Source: Hydrolagus colliei
Taxonomy: Eukaryota
Direction of reading: 5' to 3'
DNA length: 64,000 nt
Assembly (NCBI GenBank): GCA_035084275.1
Contig: CM068747.1
Span: forward strand, 23,312,001 to 23,376,000
The notes under the pieces are model-generated. The model saw nothing but the letters and a program-made list of their open reading frames with translations, did no database searches and was not told the origin of the DNA. This document shows positions 46,890 to 57,775 of the stretch, piece by piece. The position numbers and the translations under genes were made by a program. How positions within the stretch are numbered: the stretch's first letter is position 1; every line of letters starts with the position of its first letter.

Positions 46890-47455
46890 TACATTCCAAA
46901 AGTTTCTTCTGTTCTGATTCTGAGTCTATCTCTAAGTATTCTGCATATAAGGGGCTCTGGTGGTTTCCAATTCCATTTCAGGCAATTGACAGGCAGTGGC
47001 TTCAAGATAAGATAACATTGGGGGCATAAGTTTGGGTTTCCAAGCGTTCAATCTGGGCTATTTTTAAATGTTACAAGTGCCTGCGTGCGCGGTTTGACGT
47101 GGGCAAATTGCTGAGTCTTTTATTGCGGGCGATTTATTGCAAGACCTGCATTTTCAGAACCCCAGTTTTCCAAAAGAAAAAACAAACATGCACACATACA
47201 CAATCATATATACATTGCATATAAACCTACATAGTAGAACTATAAGATTGATTGTGTTCTGCAACAAAATACATTTAAAAAATTTACTTTTTTCACTCTC
47301 TGTGTTTGAAATCTGTGCTGAAGATCTAATGCCCCAAAAGAAATCCTCTCCTTGAAATGTACTGTGAAGCCAATTGCAGCACAGAATACTATATTTCTAG
47401 TTTTTTTTAAAGAGTGCATTTCCGCGCACTTTCATCTTATTCTATATTTAATGTC
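46890..47455. promoter_or_regulatory. candidate muscle enhancer in intron
   Basis: MCAT ACATTCCA (46891), CArG-like GCATATAAGG (46943), tandem AGATAA (47005-47015), consensus MEF2 CTATTTTTAA (47058) and CTATATTTAA (47442). Confidence 0.4.
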
Positions 47456-48759
47456 TTTAATCTCTAGCCAACAATTCCTTTATCCGCTGTTCAGTTCAGT
47501 TTTGTTGAAAACAAAGATTTGACCATTAAAACCCTTAAACCAATAAATTGTAGAAATTTAATGTACTGAATTAAGTGCAGCAATCTGAAAAGTAATGGGC
47601 TGATCAGTTTAGCAGAAAAATAATACCGCCATCTCCCACAAAGTGCAACACAACGAGAATATCTATGTGTTCACTTAGGAGTCCAGAGCTGTATTATAGT
47701 TTTTGTAGCATCCTTGTAGTGGTTGCCTTACATTCAGCAGGTATTTGCAAATGAGTCACCACGGAGGGAAATGTACATGAAAACTGCTTAATGCTTACTG
47801 AAGTGTATCTGGGAAATCAAACCTCAGAGACATATCAGTTAAACCAACTCGATCATCAAACAACTAAGCTGAAATGTTAGTTCATTCCCTGGCAAGTAGC
47901 TAACAAGTGTAACATGTCGATTTAAATTCAAGCTGTTTCCACTCTAGTTTCCTACAATCTGTTTAAAAATATTGCCCCAATTGTTTGAATAATATTTTCC
48001 CTGATAGGATTTCTGTATACAGCATTACACTAGTCCACTGCTGGAAATTATTTGTTAAATAAATCCAAGTACAGTAAAATCTTTAAAACGCCAGACACTA
48101 AAAACTTTCTTTAGTGCACTGTTATGGATTTACTTAATACTTAGATACGTGTCAACAAAAAGCATCAAAAAGCCTCACATAACCTTCACGTTCAATAGTA
48201 CTTTCAGAGAAAACCCAATCTAGGTACAGATTTGTGAGAAATATAGATGCTGTAGTAATGTTTATTGTACTTCCATGTCATCTTTGTAGCAGCTGATAGA
48301 AACAGTTGTTTCCACTTGCTGTTTGGTTCCACATATAGCTTTGACTGGCTAACTACGAAATCATATTTTTGTACCACACCTGTTGGAAAGGAACGAAAAT
48401 ACATGTTCTACAAATTTTCAGTGTAGCTACAACATTCTGAACTAACTTTAAACAACGTGTGTGTCGTAGTTTATTGAAATCTTATTGCAAATTTTAAAAA
48501 TGTGCAGAATTGTAATGTCCTAACTTTTTGTTTAATCTCATTTCAATTTAAGTGATGGTCGATCTTGCAAACATAACAATGCTTTCAAAAAGCTGCACAC
48601 AATCCTATTTATGATATTAATAATACTGTAATAATAACATTTTGTTGATATGGGTAATTTCTCTTGAAATTTCATCTATTTGGTAATTCGGTAGATACTT
48701 TAAAAATGCTCAGAACAGATATTTAACGAGTTTAACATTTCAAACAATTTTTGGTTCAG

Positions 48760-48883
48760 GTTGTTACTCGTGCTGAAGGAAGAGTGCACACTTTCACCCT
48801 CAGAGATGTTCAGTTAATTGAAGCAGGAAAAGTCAAAATTACCGCCAAGGACTTTTCTACATCTGCTAAACTTATTGTGAAAG
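48760..48883 (+). CDS. ttn: titin Ig I96, 3' half
   Basis: VVTRAEGRVHTFTLRDVQL; 124 nt. Confidence 0.95.
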
Positions 48884-48995
48884 GTGAGTGACAGACGTCC
48901 GACAATTCTTTGAAGCTTTGTTCTATTTGTTTGCCCCATGTGCACTGGGGTTGCAGGTTTTTATGTTTACTTATGGAATAGTTAGTAGTACTGTA

Positions 48996-49206
48996 TTCCA
49001 GGGCACTGCTGATGACAGCACAGCCAGCCTTGCCTGACTCATCAGCAGGACTTGGAAGAATAGACCAGTAACTGGGGCCGAGGGATCATCCCGCTCAGCT
49101 CCTGTTAACCCTGCAAGCCAAAGTGCTAGCGGGTAGTGTGGTTCAGACAACAATATCAAAGGCGAACTTTGCGGTTTTGGCAGGTCAGACTCCAGCTACT
49201 ACCCCG
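48996..49206 (+). other. intronic multi-hairpin element (candidate structured RNA)
   Basis: Consecutive inverted repeats paired by eye: 48996-49057, 49069-49107, 49108-49134, 49157-49171. Confidence 0.45.
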
Positions 49207-49277
49207 ACACACACTCTGGGGTGCCCAAGCTGTGGCTATGTTTGCTTGTGTTGAATTTTCATATCAATCTGTTACAG

Positions 49278-49544
49278 AACCGGCAGTCGAATTTACTAAA
49301 CCTCTGGAGGACCAGACTGTGGAAGAAGAGGCCACTGCTATTCTGGAGTGTGAAGTGTCCAGAGAAAATGCCGAAGTGAAATGGTTTAAGGCTGGACAAG
49401 AGATCTTTAAATCCAAGCAATACGATATTGTTGCAGAAGGAAGAATTAGAAGACTTATTATCCATGGCTGCACGCCTGATAATTCTAAAACATATACTTG
49501 TGATTCCAAAGACTTTAAAACATCCTGTTTCCTCAGTGTGGAAG
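49278..49544 (+). CDS. ttn: titin Ig I97 (exon-242 orthologue by exon count)
   Basis: EPAVEFTKPLEDQTVEEEATAILECEVSRENA; 267 nt. Confidence 0.95.
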
Positions 49545-49731
49545 GTAAGTAGAGAAAGATTCATATCTAAAGCTATCGATGTACATCAATGTTCATATCC
49601 TCTGTGCGCAACACGATAACGTAGCTACCATGCACCTACAAACAAGGCCTCGCTTCTTTTTCAGCGCCTTAGGAAGTCCTCCTGATATGTAAAGCCCTCT
49701 ACAAATGTAATGTTGTTGTTGTTGTTTACAG

Positions 49732-49829
49732 CTCCTCATATTGAGTTCACAAAGCCTCTCACCGATCTTGAAGTGAAAGAAAAGGATGTTGCTAAATTTG
49801 TGTGTGAAGTTTCACGTGAAAACGCGAAG
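49732..49829 (+). CDS. ttn: titin Ig I98, 5' part
   Basis: APHIEFTKPLTDLEVKEK...ENAK; 98 nt. Confidence 0.95.
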
Positions 49830-50059
49830 GTTTGTGTACTGATTCATTCGAAGATTATGTGTGTGGGTGAGCGGGGTTTGTGTGTGTGTTTGTGTGTTTT
49901 TTTTAACTTTAAAATGACCATTTAGAGAGGAACATAAATGAAGCAAAAAAAAGTTAGGTGGTGAATTATTCCTATTATTGTTTATTGTATAATGTAAAGC
50001 AGTTTGAATTTCTGTGGAGCAAACACATTTGACTTTAAGAAATCATCTTGTTGCTTCAG

Positions 50060-50228
50060 GTTCGCTGGTTTAAGGATGGCATGGAAATAAGGAAAGGCAA
50101 AAAGTATGATATCACAGCTAAAGGTACAGAGAGACTGCTGACAATCCACAAGTGTAGCTTTGATGATGAAGCTGAATACGAGTGTGATGCCAGGACAGCT
50201 AAAACATCTGGAATGCTTACAGTGTTAG
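50060..50228 (+). CDS. ttn: titin Ig I98, 3' part
   Basis: VRWFKDGMEIRKGKKYDI...SGMLTVL; 169 nt. Confidence 0.95.
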
Positions 50229-50353
50229 GTAAACAATCATACTTTTGTTTCGCATCACTTTAAATTGCGGGAACGTACACATTATGGTGGTATTATTATT
50301 ATTATTATGAATATGGTTGTTGACCACCTTTGTGTATTGCTTTGCGTTTTCAG

Positions 50354-50623
50354 AAGAGGAAGCTGACTTCACCAAGAAGCTCGCAAATGTTGAAGCTTCC
50401 GAAATGGACACCATCAGGTTGGTCTGTGAAGTTTCCAAGCCGGATGCCGAGGTAACGTGGTACAAGGGAGATGTGGAACTGCCCGAGATTGGCAAATACG
50501 AACAGCTCACAGATGGCAAGAAACGAATTCTCGTCATTCATAATGTCAAACCGGAAGACGTTGGAGAATATACCTGCAGTCTCCCCAAAGGCAACCGCAC
50601 TTCAGCTGAATTGGCAGTCAATG
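50354..50623 (+). CDS. ttn: titin Ig I99
   Basis: EEEADFTKKLANVEASEMDTIRLVCEVSKP; 270 nt. Confidence 0.95.
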
Positions 50624-50739
50624 GTACTAACTAGAGCTTATAACTTGCTCTATTAATATTATTATTGCGTGTATTTCTCACTTTTCCTTTGACTATTCCC
50701 ATTCTAACCCACCCTGGTAAATCGTTGTATTTATTGCAG

Positions 50740-51006
50740 AACTGGCAGCAGAATTTACTTCTCGGCCAAAGAACCAGGAGGTGCTAGAAGGAGACAAAGC
50801 AGAGTTTGTTTGCTCCGTATCTAAGGAATCCTATGAAGTGAAATGGTTCTTAGGTGACAAGGAGCTTGAGACAGGGGATAAGTATGAGATTATATCAGAG
50901 GGCCATAAGCGAGTGCTTGTTATTAAGGACTCCATAATGGGTGACGAAGGGACCTACGCTGCAATGGTTGCCTCCTCAAGAGCGACAGCAGATCTGACAG
51001 TGATTG
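50740..51006 (+). CDS. ttn: titin Ig I100
   Basis: ELAAEFTSRPKNQEVLEGDKAEFVCS; 267 nt. Confidence 0.95.
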
Positions 51007-51098
51007 GTAGGTCCTCAAGTTTATATTACTTGGATCAAATCAATGTTTCAAATCAAAAAATGAGTGGTTTTTTTTAACACCTGGCGTTTCCTTCTCAG

Positions 51099-51377
51099 AA
51101 AACCTCAGGATAATAACTCCCATCAAAGACCAGGTTATCGTAGAAGGAGAAGAGATTGTATTCAACTGTGAAGTCAATGTTGAAGGTTCCAGGGCGAAAT
51201 GGTTGAAAGATGATGAGGTTATTTTCGATAGCGCAAAACATGTTTTGCTCCAAAAAGATTTGGTCTATACTCTCAGACTTAAGAATTGCCAAACGGAGGA
51301 CCAAGGAACATACACAATTGCATTGACAAATAATAGAGGAGAACATGTGAAATGCTCTGCAAAAATGGAAGTGCAAG
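51099..51377 (+). CDS. ttn: titin Ig I101
   Basis: ENLRIITPIKDQ...LQKDLVYTLR; 279 nt. Confidence 0.95.
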
Positions 51378-51490
51378 GTAAATAGGTTTTCTTGAAAGTT
51401 AAGATATTGTATATGTAATTGCTCTCTGCCAGCAGCGCATCATGCAAGTAAAAGACTTTAGATATTAAATATTATTGTTCATCTTAACAG

Positions 51491-51899
51491 AGGAGCTACT
51501 GAAGATCATTGAGCCCCTTGAGGATTGTGAAACAATGGAGAAGAAGTCTGTGACTTTCTCTTGCAAAGTGAACCGTGAAAACGTCACTCTAGCATGGATG
51601 AAGGGTGGGCAGGAGATTACGTTTGACCGGCGAGTTTTATATAAAATCGATAAGAAGAAACACTCTATTATAATCAAAAACTGTAGCTTTGGAGACGAAG
51701 GTGAGTACACTGTAACAGCAGGACAGGACAAATCTGTTGGTGAATTGATTATCACAGAAGCGCCCACAGACTTCACACAGCATCTCCAGGATCAGACTGT
51801 AACTGAGTTTGAAGACGCAATGTTTTCGTGTCAGTTGTCAAAAGAAAAGGCCGCAGTGAAATGGTACAGGAATGGTCGCGAGCTCAGGGAGAATAAGAA
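51491..51899 (+). CDS. ttn: titin Ig I102 + 5' part of I103
   Basis: EELLKIIEPLEDCETMEKKSVTF...ELRENK; phase 1-2. Confidence 0.94.
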
Positions 51900-52004
51900 G
51901 TACGTATTTTTTAAGTGTTTTGTTTTTAACTCAAAAATAATCATTCATACCTGCATACTACTGATCTACGGACAATTACTAACGCTACTGTTTTTGTTTA
52001 ACAG

Positions 52005-52129
52005 GTACCAGTTTGAGAAGGACGGTATTTTCCACACACTTACTGTAAGGGAATGCAGACCCGATGATGAGTGTGAATATTCCTGTGGTGTGGAAGATAG
52101 ACGTTCCAGGGCAAGGCTGTTCGTTGAAG
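52005..52129 (+). CDS. ttn: titin Ig I103, 3' part (GC donor)
   Basis: YQFEKDG...SRARLFVE; GAAG|gcaagt. Confidence 0.92.
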
Positions 52130-52224
52130 GCAAGTCATTAGTTAGAGAACAAAAATAACACTGCAGCACAAAAAGTCTTGAAAGCTGGGTAGTGAAGGAC
52201 TAATAATTATTTTTCTCCATCCAG

Positions 52225-52491
52225 AAATCCCAGTTGAGATCATCAGACCTCCACAAAATATCTTCGAAGCTCCGGGTTCAGATGTGATCTTTGAAGCTGA
52301 ACTAAACAAGGATCGAGTGGAAATCAAGTGGCTACGAAACAATATGATCATTGTCCAGGGTGATAAACATCAAATGATGAGTGAAGGGAAGGTGCACAGA
52401 TTGCAGATCTGTAACATCAAACCGCGTGATCAGGGCGAATACAGGTTCATCGCCAAGGATAAAGATGCCAGAGCGAAATTGGAACTAGCAG
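52225..52491 (+). CDS. ttn: titin Ig I104
   Basis: EIPVEIIRPPQ...ARAKLELA; 267 nt. Confidence 0.95.
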
Positions 52492-53074
52492 GTATGATAG
52501 TTTCAAATATCAGTAACAATCGTTACGGTGCCTGGCGTCGTTTTGTAAAGGTAGGTGAACAGACACATATACATACATATATACATATAGGACTGGAAAC
52601 AGAAAACTAGAATAAACCAATTAAATAAATGAATTATTTTACAAAAGCCAATTGGCTCTACAGATTTGTACTACTGGAAATGTCAAGGCTTTCCCTTTAA
52701 GACATATCTGCATTCCAATACCATACAATATATGTTTTTTTCTCCTCAAATTTGCTGGCCTAATCTACTTCCATCAACACTCTGGGTAATCTGTTCACCT
52801 TGCTTAAGTGCACATACCTTAGTTCTCACCCTTTATTTGAACCATTTGAACATATAAAAATATTCAAGTTCTATTCCTTTCGGAATTTTCAATCAAATAA
52901 AATCTTCTGAACCTTCTCTTTTAATGCCTGTCAATCAACCCTTTCAATAAAATAGTTATCAAGTCCTTGCCTCGTCCTGGAAATGACACCTCCAATCCCG
53001 GGAAGGTTTGCTGCTGTGTTCAATATCTACCGGAAGTCTAAGCATGTATCTGACTCATGCTCCCTTTATTGCAG

Positions 53075-53362
53075 CTGTACCAATCATCAAGATAACTGAT
53101 CTGAACCTGGTGACGGATGCTGGAAAGCCCTTCACAATGTCACTCCCTTATGATGCCTATCCACGTGGTGAAGCCGAGTGGTTCAAGGAAGATAGTGCCA
53201 CCTCAGAGTATGTGATCCTACCCAATCAGAATATTGACACAACAGCAGACATGACAAGCTATAGACTTTCAAATCCAAAGAGAACTGACAAAGGAAGGTA
53301 CAAGGTGGTCATTAGGAACAAACATGGAAAGGGAGAAGCATACATCAATTTGAATGTCATCG
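53075..53362 (+). CDS. ttn: titin Ig I105 (start of I/A junction)
   Basis: AVPIIKITDLNLVTDAGKPFTMSLPYDAYP; 288 nt. Confidence 0.95.
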
Positions 53363-53394
53363 GTAAGTTTACATCTCTGCAATTGCTTGTATTT

Positions 53395-53783
53395 CTACAA
53401 AAATTGGTCAGCGCACTCGTCTTGCAAGTCAGAACACCCAGGTTCGATTCCCGGGCAGGGCAAAATGTTAAGCAAATTTTCTTACATCACATGCATTTGG
53501 TTATCCAGCAGTAAGTAGAAAACCATTTGTTAGTCAATTGGTGTATTGCTTTTCTGGGAGGCAATAAACCCTTCAAACAAAAATATCTTTTGAAAAATAT
53601 TTGATTATATTAATCGCTCAATCCATGACTGTTTGTGGGACACTTCTGTGTGCAATTGGCTGCTGCGTTTTGCCCTAAGATTATACAGTCAATTCACTTT
53701 ACAGTAGATTCCATGAAGCTCTTTCAGACTTCTTGAAGTTATGATAAGGTGCTATAACAAATGCAAGGATTATTATGATTATT
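53395..53783 (+). mobile_element. tRNA-headed Deu-domain SINE
   Basis: B box GGTTCGATTCC, Deu core, (ATT)n tail; homologous to the 40955 copy. Confidence 0.8.
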
Positions 53784-53858
53784 ACAATGTAAAAAGCCTA
53801 CTTGTAACACACTTTCTAAAGTGCATATGCTAAAGCGTTATCTCTGACAAATTTACAG

Positions 53859-54158
53859 ATGTGCCCGGCCCAATCCAGAACTTGAACATTGTAGAAACTT
53901 ACGATGGTGAAGTGAGTCTTGCCTGGGATGAGCCTGATAGTGATGGTGGCAGCAAGATCCTTGGGTACGTCGTAGAAAGACGTGATGTAAAACGCAAGAC
54001 TTGGACCTTGGCTACTGATCGTGCCGACAGCACTGAGTTCACAGTGACTGGGCTCCAGAAAGTCTTAGAGTACCTGTTCCGTGTGAGCGCAAGGAACAGA
54101 GTAGGCACAGGTGAACCTGTGGAAACTGATGTGCCTGTTCAAGCTAAGAATAGGTTTG
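53859..54158 (+). CDS. ttn: titin FN3 I106
   Basis: DVPGPIQNL...DGEVSLAWDEP; 300 nt. Confidence 0.95.
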
Positions 54159-54221
54159 GTAAGTATTTTTTTTAAATCACACGTTTACTACCTGAAAATA
54201 ACAATTCACTATAACTTCTAC

Positions 54222-55452
54222 TAGGGAACGGCGATATATCGGTATATCGCTAAAGCCCGATATGAGTTTCATATCGATATGCCGATATAGACATTTAAAA
54301 AATACCGATATATCGAAAAACGATATATCGAGGTAAAAAATCGGGATGCGAGCAAAATCAACTACAAGACCCAGAATGCTCATCTCTATACACAATGCAC
54401 AGACCGAGGTGCAAAGCCGCCATCTTGTATTCATAGTCCTCGAATACAATATACAGGTATGCAAGGGGTGGGGGGAGAGAGACGGCTGTGGGTGGGGGGG
54501 GTGAGGGGGAGAGAGACGGCTGGGGGGGGGGTGAGGGGGAGACAGACGGCTGGGGGGAGGGGGAGACAGACGGCTGGGAGGGGAGAGGGGGAGAGAGACG
54601 GCTGGGGGGGGAGGAGTGGGGGAGAGAGACGGCTGGGGGGAGGGGTAGAGACGGCTTGGGGGGGAGGGAGAGAGAGACAGCGGGGGGGGGGGAGGAGAGG
54701 GGGAGAGAGACGGCTGGGGGGAGGGGGAGAGAGACGGCTGGGGGGGGAGGGAGAGAGAGACGGCGGGGGGGCGAGGAGAGGGTGAGAGAGACGGCTGGGG
54801 GGGGAGGGAGAGAGAGACGGTGGGGGGGGGGAGGAGGAGAGGGGGAGAGAGACGGCTGTGGGGAGGGGGAGAGAGACGGCTGGGGGGTGAGGGAGAGAGA
54901 GACGGCGGGGGGGGCGAGGAGAGGGTGAGAGAGACGGCTGGGGGGGGAGGGAGAGAGAGACGGTGGGGGGGGGGGAGGAGGAGAGGGGGAGAGAGACGGC
55001 TGGGGGGAGGGGGAGAGAGACGGCTGGTGGGGGGAGGGAGAGAGAGGCGGTGGGGGGCAGGGAGGGAGAAAGAGACGGCTGGGGGGGGGGTTGGGGAGAG
55101 AGACAACGGGGGTGGGGGGTGCGAGAGAGGGACGGCGGGGGGGTGGGGGGGAGAGACGGGGTGGATGTGATAATATACAGATAGATAGAGATGGGTGGGG
55201 ATGTGAGAGAGGAGAGAGGGACAGAGACATAGAGAGACACAGACAGAAAAACACAGAGATGGAGAGAGTGAGAGACACAGAGAGAGAAAGATATTTACCT
55301 CCTGAGAAGATAGGCCCCGAATGCGCGCGCACCCGGAATGCGCGCGCGCATGCGCAGTACGAAAAAACGGAAAATATCGGTATTTCGGTATATCTCGATA
55401 TGAGCCAACCGATATATCCATATCCGGAAAATTCCCATATCGCCGTTCCCTA
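54222..55452. mobile_element. non-autonomous hAT element containing a G-rich minisatellite
   Basis: Perfect 16-bp TIR TAGGGAACGGCGATAT/ATATCGCCGTTCCCTA; 8-bp TSD ACTTCTAC/ACGTCTAC (1 mismatch); subterminal CCGATAT/ATATCG repeats. Confidence 0.9.
54465..55165 (+). repeat. G-rich minisatellite, unit ~GGGGGAGAGAGACGGCTGGGGGG
   Basis: Many copies of GAGAGACGG(CT) separated by G runs. Confidence 0.95.
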
Positions 55453-55505
55453 ACGTCTACTATTAGTATGAGTAATTCACGCGTTTCATTTTAATCCTTT
55501 TACAG

Positions 55506-55808
55506 ATGTACCCGATGCCCCAATCAATGTTGACGTAAAGAATGTGAATAAATTTGGTGCCACTGTTACGTGGGAACCACCTGAGTATGATGGGGGAGCG
55601 GAAATCACCAACTACATCGTTGAGTTACGAGACAGAACGTCAGTTAAATGGGACGTCGCAATGGTTACCAGTGCAGATGAGCTCTCAGCTCAGTTGAATG
55701 ACGTTGTGGAAAACAGAGAATATATATTCCGTATCAGAGCGGAGAACAAGGCTGGCATTGGAAAGCCAAGTGCAGCTACACATCCTGTCAAGATTATGGA
55801 TCCAATAT
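55506..55808 (+). CDS. ttn: titin FN3 I107
   Basis: DVPDAP...WEPPEYDGGAEITNY; 303 nt. Confidence 0.95.
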
Positions 55809-55901
55809 GTAAGTATCCGATCATTATGTGCTGCTGCAAACCATTTTTAATTCTGCAATGTAGCGACACTCAACTCATTGATTTTTCTCACCCTCTTTCA
55901 G

Positions 55902-56089
55902 TCAAACCAAGTCCACCCATCAATCTCCAATGCTCAAATCAGACCAAAGAATCGGTACAGCTGACCTGGGAGGCTCCCCTGAAAGACGGAGGAAGCCCAA
56001 TACTTGGTTATGTTGTGGAGCGACGCGAGGAAGACACGGATAAATGGATTCGTTCTACTCTCAGACTCATTCCCGAAACAACATCCAAA
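55902..56089 (+). CDS. ttn: titin FN3 I108, 5' part
   Basis: KPSPPINL...LKDGGSPILGY; weak AAA|gttcgt donor. Confidence 0.9.
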
Positions 56090-56375
56090 GTTCGTAACTC
56101 TTCTTTTCTTCCGTTTCCTTTTCCTTGCCATACAGGATGAAGGGCACTATAATAATAAGAATAATCCTTGCATTTGATAAAGTGCCTTATCATGTCTTCG
56201 AGACATCTCAGTCACTACACTTTACAGAATAGACAGTCAATTTTGTGAGCGATACACAAGGATTATTTAATACTTAAAAGTCATTTTTTTTATTTCTAGG
56301 TATCTGAGGGGGAAACATACTATGAATAGGAGCACTATTTATTTTCAACATGTTTTTTCCTTTCTGCTATTTCAG

Positions 56376-56490
56376 GTCACTGGACTGAAGCAAGGAGTCA
56401 AGTATTATTACAGGGTTTCGGCTGAAAATGCAGCTGGTGTGTCGGATCCAGCTGATGCTCTCGGGCCGCTGATAGCTGATGATCCTCATG
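56376..56490 (+). CDS. ttn: titin FN3 I108, 3' part
   Basis: VTGLKQGVKYYYRVSAENAAGVSDP; 115 nt. Confidence 0.95.
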
Positions 56491-56606
56491 GTAATGAATG
56501 TTCTCACAAGATTTGAAAAGGATTTTGAGGACAGTGAAAGATTGGAATATAGTGTTATCGTTAACAAGAATCTTTGCTCGCCATTGACTCTCTGTTTTCT
56601 TTTCAG

Positions 56607-56891
56607 TGGCTCCTACCTTTGATTTAAGAGAGTTCAAAGACGGACTTGAGGTCATTGTCCCAGAGCCACTTAAGATCCGTGTTCCTATTTCTGGCTACCC
56701 AACACCAACTGCAACCTGGGCCGTTGATGACAAACCGCTTGAAAGTGGTGATCGCGTGAAAATGGAGACAACTGCGAGATACACACAACTGCTCATTTGT
56801 CCCAGTGAACTTCCTGACAAGGGTGTCTACAGCCTGACACTCGAAAATCCTGTGTTATGCATTTCAGGGGACATCAAAGTGAATGTAATTG
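56607..56891 (+). CDS. ttn: titin Ig I109
   Basis: VAPTFDLREFKDGLEVIVP; 285 nt. Confidence 0.95.
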
Positions 56892-56995
56892 GTAAGTAGG
56901 CGGATGTAAAGTGAAGCCAAGAGAGAGCAGAATCAACGAGTACTTTCACAAGTCACTCTGTGCAAATATTTAATGTTTTAATCTTCATTTCACAG

Positions 56996-57147
56996 CCCAC
57001 CCAAGCGCACCCAGAGATATCAAAGTGGTGGAAATCGGTAGGAATTCAGTGCACCTAACGTGGGAGCCACCAGAACATGATGGGGATAGTCCATTGACGG
57101 GCTACATTATTGAAAAACGAGAAGTTAATCGCAAGACCTGGATCAAA
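56996..57147 (+). CDS. ttn: titin FN3 I110, 5' part
   Basis: AHPSAPRDIK...SVHLTWEPP; 152 nt. Confidence 0.95.
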
Positions 57148-57284
57148 GTAAGTCCAATCGCTCTAAATAAAAAAGAAATCTTGAGAAATATAAGATCTAA
57201 AAATCTTTCATAGGGAAAATGCTTTAGTGGAATACTTTCAGTTCTAATTGGAAGAACACAGACAAGGAATAGCCGATGAAGCTA

Positions 57285-57775
57285 AATCAATCAATCGATC
57301 AATCAAAACTTACATTTATATAGCACTTTTCACGTCGGGAGGACGTCCCAAGGGTCTGTACAGTCAGGTAGGGACCAGAGCAGGGTGGGAGGAGACTGGG
57401 CAGGGGGAAGGAAAGTAGGAAAAATGGACTGTATATTTATTGGCGAAACACGGCAGCCAAATTGCGCACAGCAGTGTCCCACAAACACTCGCAGAAGTGG
57501 GGTTAGGGGAGAAAGGGGGAAAAAGGGGTAAGGGGGAGAGGGAGGGAAAGATGGGGTGGGGTAAAGTCAGAGAGGAAAAAGGGCAAGAAAGGGGGGTAAG
57601 GGGAGAGGGAGGGAAAGGTGGGGTAGTTAACATCAGGGAGAAATGGGGGAGAAAGGGTGTAAAGGGGGAAGAGGGACGGAAGGAGGGAAAAGGGGGAGGG
57701 GGGAAAAATGGGGGAAAAGGGAGCAGAGGGAATGAAGAGAGAGGAGAGGGGCAGGGAAGAAAAAGGGGAAGAAAT
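57285..57775 (-). mobile_element. composite SINE (Deu core + pyrimidine tract + L2-type tail)
   Basis: (TCAA)n tail, atagcacttttcacgtcgggaggacgtcccaagg, Deu core reversed; homologous to the 59947 copy. Confidence 0.7.

Noticed and set aside
46816-47897. Other possible internal first exons (ATG TTG|gtaact at 46816; ATG..CTG|gcaagt at 47874) in phase with exon 48760
   Set aside because: Weak donors of a kind expected by chance; the ATG at 46490 fits the known Cronos position better
49006-49048. CTGATGA on both strands, suggesting a hammerhead core or C/D box snoRNA
   Set aside because: No GAAA box after a stem II and no suitably spaced D box; kept only as part of the hairpin finding
54177-55453. 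Several long Pro-rich or Gly/Arg-rich ORFs on both strands
   Set aside because: Translations of the G-rich minisatellite inside the hAT element; no transposase motifs
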